Shown here piece by piece: positions 26,435-39,420 of a DNA stretch of 64,000 nucleotides. The stretch comes from Camelus dromedarius. Its lineage: Eukaryota. The translations under genes were made by a program, and so were the position numbers. Under the pieces are notes generated by a model that saw only the letters and a program-made list of their open reading frames with translations, had not been told where the DNA came from and searched no databases. The stretch spans positions 5,146,001 to 5,210,000 of the forward strand of contig NC_087436.1 in assembly GCF_036321535.1 (NCBI RefSeq), in the 5' to 3' direction. The stretch's first letter is position 1, and every line of letters starts with the position of its first letter.

Positions 26435-27759
26435 AAATGGGAGCCCCAGCTGCTCTTGGATTGGAGAGATCTCCGTGACATCAGCAGACAGGAATGATAT
26501 TCCATTCACCCCTTGGCCATGGTTAAGGAGTCAGCAACCTCCACACGCTTGTTCTGGGTGTTAAGTGTGTCTGCTCTGTAATCGATGTCTGAGACCCAAA
26601 CCCTCGCTTTATAGCGCTTAAATAATTGATTTCACCCAGCCTTCAGTCGGAGCTAGAAAACCCCAAATATTTCCCCACTAATCCTCAGACTGGGGCACTG
26701 CTTATGCTGTTCAGTGGTTTCAAAATTCATGGATTCATGGGAAATCATAGAGTTTGCAAAGAAAGTCATTTTGGCTGGGAAGGAAAAAAAAAAGCCTCAC
26801 ACTAGTACTTCATCATGTGAGCTACAGGCTGACTTTGGTAAAAGAAGAATATTATTAAACTCATGGAAGAGGCGGGCTGTGCTGGTCTACAACTGCGATT
26901 ACTCCCCATACATCTCGTTCTCTTTTTGAGTAAGTGAATTTACAAAAAAAAGGGGGGGGGTGTCGATGAAAACATATGAAGTCATCCACATACTATAAAA
27001 CATTAGGACAACTAGCACTTTAAGATCAAAAACTCTCTACTGAAGAGCTCAAAGGTGAAAAGACATTCTGAATGTTAAGTCGCCAAAAGTAATTGGTTTA
27101 ATGAAAATATATTGCTTCAAGTAAAGCATTCAGGTTGACTTTCTACTCTTCTAACTGATGAAGTCCAAATTTTATTCACTGTTGGAATGAAAGGTAGAAA
27201 CATGTTTATTCCTAACAGAAGGACAAAGTTACTTTCATTGTTTGCATCGGATGGTTTGGCATTCTGAAGAACTCAAAGCACATTACAAACTAAAGCACAA
27301 TATGAGATAAATCATTTAAGGATGAACATAACAAAGGAAATCTGAATAACTGCTCTAAGACATCTGAGTTGAGTAGATTCCCATCTATGGGCAATAAATT
27401 TGGCTGTAAGGCTTCTGACTGCAAAGCCCAAAGATGGGGAAAGTTTGGGGTTGCCCTGTTTTCATATATTAGCATCAGAAAGTATAAAAATTCACCTAAA
27501 GTTACTATTTCCCCTCAAATAACAATTGTGTGTGCTGGCAATATGGATTTTAACAGAAGTGCAGGGGTAGATGCGTGGAGCCAGTGTAGAGTGGTGATTT
27601 ATGGGTCAAGATGTCAGACTTAACAACCTTTGAAGGACACAGACTGGACACTAGTTTCATTCCAATCATTGGAAAACTGCATATTAATGTTTACAAAAAT
27701 AAGCACATTAAAGTAACATCCTATAGAACAAGGCATTTGATGAACTTCTATTTATTTAT

Positions 27760-27890
27760 CTTAAATTTTTAAATTTTTTTTGTAGGGGGGTAGTCATTAG
27801 GTTTTTTAAGTTTACTTTTATTTTAATGAAGGCACTGGGGATTGAACCCCTGCGAAGCTCGCGCTCTACCACCGAACTGTACCTTCCTCC
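27760..27890 (-). mobile_element. Vic-1-type SINE with internal deletion
   Basis: ggcactggggattgaaccc...cgcgctctaccaccgaactgtacc; degenerate TSD tttgatgaacttcta / tttgatgcattttta. Confidence 0.85.
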
Positions 27891-28229
27891 TTTGATGCAT
27901 TTTTAAAACGGATTCTTATGCCGGTGAATTTATCGGAGAGTGGGTGGGGAAAATGGTTTGCTCTTTCTAAACATACCTCAGAAATTTGGAGAAGCATATT
28001 TCCATTTTAGTATTTCCCCTGAAGATCATTCCACAAATATCAGGAAAACTGCCCTGACAGGTTTTGAGGAAAAAGGTATTATTAATCCTGTAACTCCGTG
28101 GTCTTAGCTCTGATCTATTAAATTTTACGCATCCAATAGCGGAGGCATGACCAAGTTTACATGTTTGCAAAGAAATAATGAGAAAGGTCTTCACGATCCT
28201 ATTAAAGTGCTCCGTCATCAGCCCCAGGG

Positions 28230-28800
28230 AGCTCTCAGCAGGAGGAACGGAGCGGGTCCCGTCACCCGTTCGGATCTGGCGGACCCGGACCAGGACCCGC
28301 ACCCGGACCTGGACCCGGGAGACGAATGGCGCCCCCGTGGATTCCAGGCGCTAAACCTCCGCGCCACTGTCCTGCGTGAATTACACGGCCGCTGCGCTGC
28401 CTTGCTTTCTTCCAGCTTTAGCGGAGTAAAAGATTCCAATCTGTGTTCAGGCTCCTGGAATTTTTTGCCTGGGAAGGTTTGTGTAACGGAGGTAAGAAGA
28501 ATTATGTGTTTATTTTTAGCTGCGCTTGGTGCGAGAAGGCAGAAGTCAATTACTCTACTAAAAAAAAAAAAAGTTTCTGCTTGTAGAGAAACCCCTTTAA
28601 AAAGAGACACCAGCCGTTCCACTGATTTTCTGAGGGTGACGATTGATTCCAAGAAGGAGGCCCTTGTGCAGGCAGCGTCTCCGCAGGACGCAGGACGCAG
28701 GTGGCGTCTCTGAACGACCCCCGTTTGCATCTTCCGCGGCCTCTTGGTGGCTGTCACAGCTGCGCACTAGCGGCCTCACCTACCCAAGCCTTTACAGGAA
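28230..28800. promoter_or_regulatory. CpG-rich island-like element with CTCF-like motifs
   Basis: Visibly CpG-dense against an AT-rich background; GGACCC-like hexamer array at 28281-28320; (CGCAGGA) about 3 times at 28682-28701; GCAGGTGGCG on + and GCCACCAAGAGGCCGC on - (28736-28751). Confidence 0.5.
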
Positions 28801-30631
28801 ACGAGGGCCCTGGAGGCTTCCAGAGATCAAAATTATAAAAAGAAAACCTGGCAGGCAAAACCATACCTCTACACTGAAAACAAAACCAAACAGATGAAGA
28901 AAAACCTCCATGGCAGTCTATGAAATCAGAGGAAAAAATTACGGAGATTGTCCTTTTGCCTCAATGATGGACAGACCCATAGAGCAATGCTGAATCAGTC
29001 ATACAAAGAATATTTTTGAGCACTGCCTCGCAGCGTGGAAGGCACCACCAGAGACACCTGGGAGACGGCAGGGAAGGAAACAGACCCACCCTCCTTCTCA
29101 TACGGTTTTCTAAAGAGTAGACGCACGGTAAACGTGGGGTTAGACTGCGATGTGTGCTAGCAGGAGGGATAAAGCAGAGAGGGCAGGTGGGAGGTCCTGG
29201 GCTGTGTGAGGGCTGCAGTTTCCCCGTGGGGTGCCCAGGGAGGCCCCCCAAGGAAGGTACCCCTGAAGTCAAGAGGGAACCAGCCCCGCTTAATCCAAGA
29301 CCATTGTGAAGGCCAGTGTGCACACGTCAGTGGTGATGGAAGAGGCCGGTCTTTCCCTCAATCTTTAGAGACATCAAATTTTTATTCAAAGAGGAGAGAA
29401 GATTCAGTTTGATATTTTAACAGTTGCAGCTGAGGGGGCAATACTCGGAATGGAAGGAAGTAACATGTGACACAGCCCCTTGCCCTGGGACACAGGACAG
29501 ATGTGGGGGAGCCGTGATCTCCCGTGTTGTCCTTCGGTCACAGTGGTGTAAGAAGTCTTTGCACAAATGAACAGAGGGGACAGTGGTGTGTTTCAATATT
29601 CAGAGTGGTGTTTACTTTAGGAAGAAGACCGCGCCTACAAACTTGGAAACCCAGTTTAATGAAAGAAAATAATATTCAGTTGATTAAGGCAGTGAACACA
29701 AAGTCAGACTTGAGTCCTCCTATTAGGAGTCAAATGCTGTGGACCATTCTTGGCAGCGGACGCCTTCAATAAGCAAAATGTCAGGAAACTTCCCACGAGA
29801 ATGTCCCCAGCCCAAAGACCTTTCCTCGCAGGTGCACAGGTGGTTGTGGCCCCATGATGTGGGTCACAAATATATTTCACAAAGAAGCATTTACTTCTCT
29901 TCTTGTGCCTTCATCCCTCCCTACCTGCAAAAAACAGGCCAGCTCCTAACTTCTTCCTTATAAACACACAGGTGATTTTAACAAGGCAATACCCGGAAGC
30001 CATATGAAAAAAATTAGGAAAATAGGTAAATTTAACAATAGGTCATGCCTTAAACTACATGATAAAGAGAGAGAGGAGAGAGGAGGAAATGCATCTGGAA
30101 AAGAAGCCACCAGCTCACGGTTACTGGAAGGAATCTTCCCAAATAGGCATATTTGCAGGATGAAATTCAAGTTCTGAGCCAGAAAAACCCTAAGTAGGAA
30201 GAGCTGCAAAGTGTCAAGTTGAGAGACTGAAAGATTCTTCTTGCCTTTTTTAACTAATTCAATGTATACGATCTATACTTTCTTCTTTTATAAAATGGAG
30301 GGCCAATTCTCCTGGGTCAGAGGCAGGAAAGCAGCCTGTGTGCTAAGTTTGGGGGATGCCCCATGTGCACCATGTTCCAGGGGCGTGGAGGGCTGGCGGG
30401 TCACTCAGCCTGGGGTGGTTGGCATCGCAGGGGACAGACCCAGCGTGGGCAATCCAACCCCAGAGGTGTCTCTGAGGGATGAGCTGGAGCCTTACAGGCA
30501 GCACACCCAGCAAGTGTGCACAACGCACCCGGCACAGGGGGAAGGGCAATGATACGAGGTGAGGTTTTGCTGAAAAGATGTCCTGATGGAGATGGAACTG
30601 TATTCATCCCAAGAAAATCTGTTCATACTCC

Positions 30632-30681
30632 CTCTCTCTCTCTCTCTCACACATACACACACGCACGCACGCACACACACA
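30632..30681. repeat. Compound (CT)n(CA)n microsatellite
   Basis: Read directly from the sequence. Confidence 0.9.
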
Positions 30682-32214
30682 ACTTTGACATCAACTTAAA
30701 CTGAAACCCAAACCTTAGATAATAACCACACCCGACCTGTTCCCAAAACGACCACATCACCTCTAAGGTAAAAGTAAAGGTGGTATTTTGTGCTTCTTTG
30801 CTCTTGGCTTGTGAATAAAATGCTCCACGGATTAGGGTTTTTGCAGTGTGTCAGCTGTACTTAAAACCAAACTGAGATCACCTCCTTCTCCAGGGGATAG
30901 CGAAAATGCAAAGGGCTGCGAATTTCTATCACCATGAGTAACGACCACATTTAAAATGGTGAAAGCTGCCAGAGCCTGAAACAAAACACTGGTTGTTCTC
31001 TATTTATTTTATTTCGTAAGTATTTTTACAAATTAAAAATAAAATCTTATATCACCTGACTACAGGATATATAGGCAACTTTTTCACGTTTATCAGGTTA
31101 TAACATACACGTTTTTCAGTGAGATTCGGGATGAAACACCTCTTGGTCCTTGATGCTTTATTCCAGCTGGAACTGTCTCATTCCTGGTTTTACCTTAAAG
31201 AATAACATGTGAAAGAAAACAGCAGTGAGTTTAGTAAAACCTAAGGGAGAAACACCATTCTGTCTCAAAAGGTCACTTTTTTCCAGTCCATTACCGAATT
31301 TTTTGTTTTATGACCACCTCTTTGCAGGACAGCTTCTGTTTAAAGTGAATGAGAAAAAAATAGGGTTTATAAAGTCGATCAGAAATAATAAAATTAAATG
31401 TTAAATGCTATTTTTTTTTACTTTAATACATACATAAATGTCTACTGCAAGCTTTAGAGACTGAATAATACATGTAACCAGGCATAAATTTCGCTAAGCA
31501 TTTCCAAAAAAATGTAACTGTAGTAATTGCAAAAAAGAAGTTCTGAAAAATAACCCAGACAAATGTAGCCCTTTAACATAAATTCTCCAAAAATGTTCTT
31601 TTAATCTGAAGAAAATCTAGATTGTATCATTAAAGTGAGAAGCAAAATCAGGGTGAAAGAATCTATTTTTCCTATCACTGTGATGTCGTTAGACCTGGGG
31701 ACCGAGGTGATAATGGCTTCTTTAACTCGCACTGCCTGTCTTTTGTTTACTGAGAACCGCTCTCCATGTGTTCAGTGAGCATTCATTGCACTGCTGGGTC
31801 TCGAGGCCAGAGACAAAGAGAAGACTGAAAAGAGTCTCCGCTTCTAGCGGCAGAAATAAACCCATAATCCAGCTACCTCGTCGGATGCGATAAGACCCCG
31901 TGAAGTGCTGTTAACACCACTGTGCGCCCTGGGCCCTGAGAACTTGAACTCCACACACGTGTTAAAGCCTTTGAACCGTGCACTCACTCGTCCAGAGAAA
32001 TCTACTCCACAGAGAATTAAGTCCGGTTAGTCTGGGTTTTCCCTGATACTCCGCACTTGTACACCAGAAAGTCCCAGCATTTTTTTTTTTTTTAAGAAGC
32101 ATGTCATAAGAGCTTAACAGTGACTCCAGAAATGCAAAGTCAGAGTTTAGGCACCATTAGATGTGCTGATGGTGGTTCCTAAAATGATGCAGTTAAGAGA
32201 GGGCGGTGATGGCG

Positions 32215-32415
32215 CATGGGAATATAAGCTCCCGGGGGCTGAGCGCACCCTCTGTGCAGCGCTGTGCTGAGAGCTTTGTGTGCTCAGTCTGGCTTGTTCC
32301 TACAGCACTGCTGTGAGACGGACACAGTGAGGTTCATCTTTAGAGGTGATACCTGGGGAACATGCCCCCGAGTCCACATCCTCCCTGGATTCAAACCCAG
32401 GCTCCTCTGTCTCTT
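32215..32415 (-). mobile_element. MIR SINE
   Basis: ctgtgctgagagcttt...ctggattcaaacccaggc resembles reverse MIR. Confidence 0.55.
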
Positions 32416-32619
32416 CCCTGTGTGACTTGTTCACGCAGGTAAATAATGACAGCTTCTTCCAAATGTGCAAGATGTTATTCCTCGGCACGTTCCTTTTTTC
32501 AAACTGTATAATTCAAAATATTTATTATTTCTTTAATTTCTATGACTATAATTCATCATTGCTGCAAAAAAGATGTTTTCCTGTGATCTTTAAAAGTGGC
32601 AACAAGTCATCTTCAGAAG

Positions 32620-32870
32620 GAATATTTGGCAGTTTGAGATTTGCAAATGTTGGCCACTATATGTTAAAATAGATTTAAAAAACAAACTTCTTCTGTATAG
32701 CACAGGGAACTGTATTCAATATTTTATAATAACCTTTAATGAAGAAGAATATGAAAACGAATATATGTATGTACATGCATGACTGGGACATGGTGCTGTG
32801 CACCAGAAACTGACACATTGTAACTGACTGTACTTCAATTTAGAAAGAAAGGAAGGAAGAAAGGAAAGAA
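32620..32870 (+). mobile_element. Short LINE-1 3' UTR insertion
   Basis: agtttgagatttgc...ctgtatagcacagggaac...ttgtaactgactgtacttcaa followed by a purine-rich tail. Confidence 0.9.
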
Positions 32871-32883
32871 TGTCCTTTTCATC

Positions 32884-33287
32884 TGCGTTAGTTTGCTAGG
32901 GTTACCTTTGCAAAGTACCACGAATTTGGTCTTAAATAACAGAAACTTATAGTTATGTTTCCGGAGATGTGGGAAGGAAAGTCGAGGGAAATCTGTTCCC
33001 TCCTTCCTCACGGCTTCTGGAGGTTTGCTGGCCTTCTCTGGTGTCCCTGCTTGTAGATCTCTGCCTTCATTTCACACAGCCTTCTCCCGGTGGGCACGTC
33101 TGTGTCCACATGTCCCCTTTCCATGAGGACGTGGCCACATGGGATCGGGGCCCCCACTCTAGGAGGGCCTTCAGCTTTACCAAATACATCTCTACCGACC
33201 CTATTTCCTAATAGAGTCATATCTGAGGTACTGGCGTTGGTCCTTCAACATGTGAACTTGGGGAATGTCCGATTCAACTCATACCAT
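32884..33287 (-). mobile_element. MaLR solo LTR (MLT1B/C-like)
   Basis: tgcgttagtttgctaggg...aaagtaccac...accctatttcctaatagagtcatatctgaggtactgg...attcaactcatacca. Confidence 0.82.
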
Positions 33288-33658
33288 CATTCAAAGTAAA
33301 GTCCATATTCACAAAAACTGAATCTAATATAAACAGATCAGCCTAAAATCTAGCACCGCACCACCGGTCCCTCAGCATGGACCTTTTCTCTGTTTAATTC
33401 AGCGAAGCACAGATTGAAAACTCAAGGACAGGAAGGTGGGTAGAGACAGGCACAGAGTGGCGGGGTCTAAGTGGATGGACAGAGATCGTGGGAGTGGCGG
33501 GGACCGAGCCCGGCAGGAAATACACACCGCGTTCTAAGGGGGCGGGGCTTCTCGGCTCTACTAACTGAAGCCATGCAGAGGGTTCTTCCAGACTGTGCAG
33601 AAATACCATTTTTATGTGTCATCACCCATTCGGATTGTAGGTTCATACTAAACACATA

Positions 33659-33659
<1 letters not shown>

Positions 33660-33728
<69 letters not shown>
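33660..33728. repeat. Long pure (CA)n microsatellite, about 34 units
   Basis: Read directly from the sequence. Confidence 0.97.
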
Positions 33729-33729
<1 letters not shown>

Positions 33730-35599
33730 ACTGTCTGAGCACCAGTCAGCAGAGTCTAGTCCCAGCTCTGCAATTCCAGGTGCACGTGCTCATTTCCACC
33801 TCAAAAGCTTCTCCTCAGCCCGCTGTGCAGAGCTACCCCGGGCTCCCTTCTCTCTGCTTACTCTTTCTTGGCAATCTCCCGGCTTCAGTATCAGCTCTAG
33901 AAAACTCACTTTGAAACCTTCCTCTTTGACCCTGGCTCCCAGCCGGTGCTGCGTCTTCTCTTTCCAACCACCGGTTGAGATTTCAGTCTCGGGTGCCCCC
34001 AGGGAACTCACCTTCCGTACCCTACAATGCTTCCTGTCCCTACCAAAGGCACTGCCACCCCCCACCTCACCCCGACTGGACAATCACAGGACCCTTTTGA
34101 CTCCCCTCTGGCAAAATATCTCCATCTACCAATTGGATCAATTTGCACCTGGACCCTTTGAAAAGACTGGGAAGCTAAAGCAGGCTCCCCAGGTAATCCT
34201 TTATGCAACTGTGAGTGAGTGTAAATTCATCCTAATCTCCAGAACGGCCAGCCAGCTGAAGAGGAAATTAAAATGCCAGCCAGCCTCCACTGAGCGAAGC
34301 ACAGGCAGCAAGCAGCTGCAGTTGGCAGTCAGGGAAAGCTCTGGAAGCCACTGACACAGTGTTCAAGACACTGGTGATTCCCATGTTTAATCTAAACTTG
34401 AAACCCATCAAAACGCTTCCAAGAAATTGGCTCCGAAACAGCACACACATGCACAAAAATGCAACAAAGAAACAGAACAAACTGAAGTGCGCTCACAGGG
34501 AAACAGAAAATACACTGGCAAAGAAAAAGTTATGACATGAATTCTTCCTTCTCCAGTAGGAACGGATTGCCAGGTGGGTCTGTTTTCTGGTTTCTCTGAC
34601 TGGGAAATTGATTTCTCATGTCATTCCCATGTCGGAGCTTGGGCTAATTCAGCTCTCAATAATTCTGCACCATTTCCCCCTTTCTGCTGTCATCACGGTC
34701 ATCATTAGCCTTTAGGCTGAAATTGTCACACTACTCTTTAAACTGTCAGTCTGAGAATTTGGGGTGCGTCTGAGATTAGCTTTTTACATAGAAAATGATA
34801 TGCAGAAGTGATTTTGCACTTCTAATTAGTATTTAATGTATGAACGTTATGAAGTCAAGAATGAAGCTCCCTTGAAAGTTTTAAATTTCGCTTGTAAATA
34901 TTATTACATTTTACAGGACTCTTAACCTTTAATCAGTTAAATTCTCCAAGTTATTTCAACACATGTTCATAAAATTAACATATTCCATTTCCTCACAAAT
35001 CTTGCACTTGTCTGCTGTAATAAAGAAGATCTGTCCACACACTTAAAAAATTCTTATAAATCCAATAAATGAGTTATAAGTATGGTAATTCTTAAGTTGT
35101 CTTGAATGTCTGGAATACCAGTTGCAATTTATTTTTAACTCCAAGTCACAAATATAAATTAATTTTTCTATTACATATTTTAAAACTGAATAAAAGACAC
35201 CCCAACATGCATCATGGTGCTTATAATATCCAACTTATACACGTTATTGCTGAGCAACACAAAATGTAAACATCACAATGGGGCTTTATTATGTCTCTAG
35301 AGTTAATTCCAAATCTCTCCTGGATTCAAAATATTTAATTGCTATCTTCACCACATTGGGGTTGCCTCCCCTAATGTTGGGGTTACCTGTTCATTATCCA
35401 GAAATTGCCATGCCCTGTTGTTTCTGCCTTCAGACACCCAAGCAATGCTGAGACTCCCTTGGGCAGACCTGCACTGTTTTCAAAACAAACTCCTAACTAT
35501 CCTAGTAACTCTTTTTTTTCCCTCTTATAAATAAGAAAAACATCAAATGTTGCTTTCTGAAGGCTAATTTGGTCAAAAATATATTTTAAAAAGGGAATG

Positions 35600-35790
35600 A
35601 AGGCTTGGGGTTTCCTCTGAGACAGCTGGGAAGGCTTTGAAGGGTTTGAGCACAGAAGTGAGATAAAGTGGTCCTTCCTGGTGGCCGCCATCCAGAAATA
35701 GATGGAGAAGGACCAGGTGGGTCTGTGAGGAAAAGGGACCTTGACTATTTCAAAAAGCTCACATCTAGTCTGTGGACAGTGAGGAAACAG
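35600..35790 (-). mobile_element. L2 fragment
   Basis: tgggaaggctttgaagggtttgagcacagaagtgagat resembles L2 internal sequence. Confidence 0.45.
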
Positions 35791-35900
35791 TAACCATAAC
35801 ATATTTGTAAAGAAGAGACATTATTTCTAACAGAATTTGTTAAAAGTGCTTTTGGACCAACATTTATTGGATAGTATTGTAGTATATTCAATATAATTTT

Positions 35901-36783
35901 AATAGCATATGAAAAAATGCTCAATAGAGCTAATTATTAGAGAAATACAAATCAAAACTACAGTGAGGTATCACCTCACACCAGTCAGGATGGCCATCAT
36001 TCAAAAGTCCACAAATGACAAATGCTGAAGAGGCTGTGGAGAAAAGGGAACCCTCCTACACTGCTGGTAGGAATGCAGTTTGGTGTAGCCACTGTGGAAA
36101 ACAGTATGGAGTTTCCTCAAAAGACTAAAAATGGACTTATCATATGACCCAGCAATCCCATTCCTGGGCATATATCTGCAGAAAACTCTAATTCGGAAAG
36201 ACACCTGCACCCCAATGTTCACAGCAGCACTATTTACAATAGCCAAGACATGGAAACTGCCTAAATGTCCATCGACAGATGACTGGATAAACAATATGTG
36301 GTATATTTATACAATGGAATACTACTCAGCCATAAAAAATAATAACATAATGCCATTTGCAGCAACATGGATGGACCTGGAGATCGTCATTCTAAGTGAA
36401 GTAGGTCAGAGAAAGACAAATATCATATGATATCACTTATATGTGGAACCTAAAAAAAAAAAAAAAAGACAAATGAACTTATTTACAGAACAGAGACTCA
36501 CAGTCCTAGAAAACAAACTTATGGTTACCTGGAAGGAACCAAGAAAGAAGAGGGTGGGAAGGCATAAACTGGGAGTTTGACATTTGTAGATACACACTAC
36601 TGTATATAAAATAGATAAACAACAAGGACCTACTGTACAGCACAGGGAAGTATATTCAATACCTATACTGAAAAAGAATATGAAAACAAATATACGTATG
36701 AATATGTATGACTGAAACATGATGCAATACACCAGAAATTGACACAACATTGTAAACTGACTATTCTTCAATTTAAAAAAAAA
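35901..36783 (+). mobile_element. 5'-truncated LINE-1
   Basis: ORF2 C-terminus ([47 protein letters not shown]), 3' UTR and poly(A). Confidence 0.96.
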
Positions 36784-38469
36784 GGTCCAGTGACGCATTT
36801 ACATCAGAAAGTAAAGATTAAAGTGCCATTTCTTCATATTCCCATTTGTGTAAAATTCTGAGTGTATTTGAGTAAAGAAAGTACAAAATTTAAGTGCCTT
36901 TCAAGAATTTTATGAAAGTAAATAAAAGTTTGCATCTAAAGCATATAAAACTTAAAAAAAGAAAAAAATATTCAAAAACAATTTTGTTAAGATAACTTTC
37001 AAAGAAGCTGTGGGTGGCCAGAGTAAGATTTTCCATGGTTTCAGACTTTTTTTGTTTTTACTTCTAAAGATAACTTCATACTTTATAGAGAGCCTAGGCC
37101 TAGCATGTGTTTACTTTAATAAAGGCTACAAATAATAACAGTAGTTGGCAAAGGCAGAATACTTTAAAATTTTCATCATGTAGGTTTCTTTTCCAAAAAG
37201 ATACAATTAGGGAAAAAGAAACAAGCGACCCTCTCAATTCACAGAGGTTTTGAAATGTTCACTCCAGGAATCAATGAGAACCCCACATTTTAGGTGTTTT
37301 TAAATTAACTTAATACTTCCGTGGGAAATTCCAAGTAGGAATGATGTGATTTGACGAGATAAAAAGTCAAGTCTTCTCTCTGCTCTAGAATTAGGGAATG
37401 GTTTTAACTTTATCACATGAGATGAACTCAATGATTTGTGCAATAACTCATTAGAGAGGCAAGTAAACATATTTCTTGGGTGTGTTGTCTTTTAAGTGCA
37501 TCAGAATTCTTCAATGGCAACATAAAATGCCAGAGATGTTATTATATTTAATTAATTTATACAATTTCAAATCTTCTTAGCTGCTTTTGGGAAACATACT
37601 TTTGAAACCAGGAAAGTGTCAATTTCACTTAAAAGAAAGGACAGGTGTTCATGGAGATTTTGCAAAACAGAACAAATAAACAAACAAAAAAACCCACCCT
37701 CTGAGTTGACCTGGGGACAGTTCACACAGAAGAGGGCTTGTTGCAAGGCTTCTCTGAATAGAACCTAGAAGAATTTCTCACCTGGGAAAAATTTAAGCAA
37801 AAGATCTGTGGATTCACCAGTATTGGAAACTAGACATCACCCTATGCCTAGTGAAAAGCATCACGTAATAGTCCAGGGGTCGTCTCACACCTGACAGCAC
37901 TTCAGTTTAAGACCCACGTAGAAGTGAAGCAACTCAACGTGCTGGCATCACTTACGTAAGGTTCCGGAGAATCCCGGGTGTACACACTGCTAGTTGGGGC
38001 TGAAAGCATGTCCTTGTATTGTTTTATTTTTAAAAAGCCTTTGTTAAGCCTACCAGAAATAGGCACCCCAGTAAAACATATAACATATTAGTTTTAATAT
38101 TTTCCTTCTTAATCTTAAGTGAGAATGGTAAGAACTGTATCAGTGATACCTACAGAAATAAAAACTCCCACTGCTAACTTCAGAAACCAAGTCCAGTCAA
38201 TGAAACCTGTCAGGCATGATCCTGGAACATCGCTTTAAAATAGGCACAGACGTTCGAGTTAAACGACACAACTCTGGCAGGCCTGGAAATCCTAGCAATA
38301 GCCATATGGTTATAATAATATTTACATGCCACTTCAGACTCCTCATATATCATCTACATTTATTTATAAAATTTGAAAATGTGAAATGAACCTAGAAAAT
38401 TAAACTTGAAATCAATCATGGTCGATTTTGCCTGTTCTTCCCAGAGAGAGTCCTTAACAAAGTCACCAT

Positions 38470-39420
38470 AGGTATGCTGCGCCACTGTCTCCCGCTGTAT
38501 CCCCACGCGTCCTCATGGGACCTTTGGGAACCAGACCACAGTCGGGAAAAGAATTGACCTACACTGTTTTACAGGCGGCTGGGCATTTTCTAGGTTCGGA
38601 GTTTTAGAACTGAGATGGAGTCAGACGTTACGGGCCAGCCATCTGTACGGCTTCAGGGTTATTAATCTGATTGAGAAGAACTAAGAGTGTCCAGTCACCG
38701 AGGAGACTGAGAATAGAGTCGCTGAACGTCTGGAAACTGGGAGAGTCCAGATACAAAAGGCTTCCATCAGTCGCCGCGCCACGTGGAGCACTGCCGTCTT
38801 AACTCCCATGCAGACCTCAGCCTGAAAGGCTTGGGGTGTGCGAATTTTGAAACGTGCACGCCTCTAGCTTTTTAGACCGCGCTCTCTGAGATGTGAGCAC
38901 GTACCTGTGTACCTAATTCATCACACGTCCTTTATACCACAGACACATCAAATGCAAATGCGGGACAAGAGGCGAGGCAACTCAAAAATGTAAACGCCTA
39001 TATAGAGACATTTCCCACTAGAAATGGAGCGTTAATACCAGAACGGACACAGCGAATTAAAAGTACGGAGTGCGCGCGCGCACACACGCACTCGTGCGCG
39101 TGCCCAGAGCTGAAATATTATTCCCGAAAGGGAGTCGCTGTGGTTATAACTGACACTCTGGGGTAAAATTTCAGGGGAAAGTGGTAAATGGAGCAGCCTA
39201 GCTCCAAACCCCAAGCAGCCTGGACCCTGCAGCGTGTTTACGAGCACCTGCGACGTACGTCACCTGCACTTTCATTCGGAACGTTCTGCCGAGTCCGTAA
39301 AGTTACCATATGCGGTCCGTGCTCCTCGCACAGTGACCACGCTTTGATCTGGGTCCCTGGGGAGCATTTATCCATGTGAGCAGCAGCGACAGCTGTAAAT
39401 ACAAGGCTGATACTATCGCG
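38470..39420. promoter_or_regulatory. CpG-retaining unique region (possible enhancer or promoter)
   Basis: Many CpGs in non-repeat DNA; CACGTG at ~38780; ACGTACGTCA at ~39253; (GC)/(CA) alternation at 39069-39102. Confidence 0.35.

Noticed and set aside
28281..28320. Short repeats as a CRISPR-like array
   Set aside because: Tandem hexamers without spacers in mammalian DNA, and no cas genes.
28147..28757. Overlapping 188-aa (+) and 179-aa (-) ORFs as genes
   Set aside because: No recognisable domain; they run through hexamer repeats and an A12 tract, and long ORFs arise easily in GC-rich DNA.
33471..33914. His-Thr repeat protein ORF
   Set aside because: Translation of the (CA)n microsatellite.
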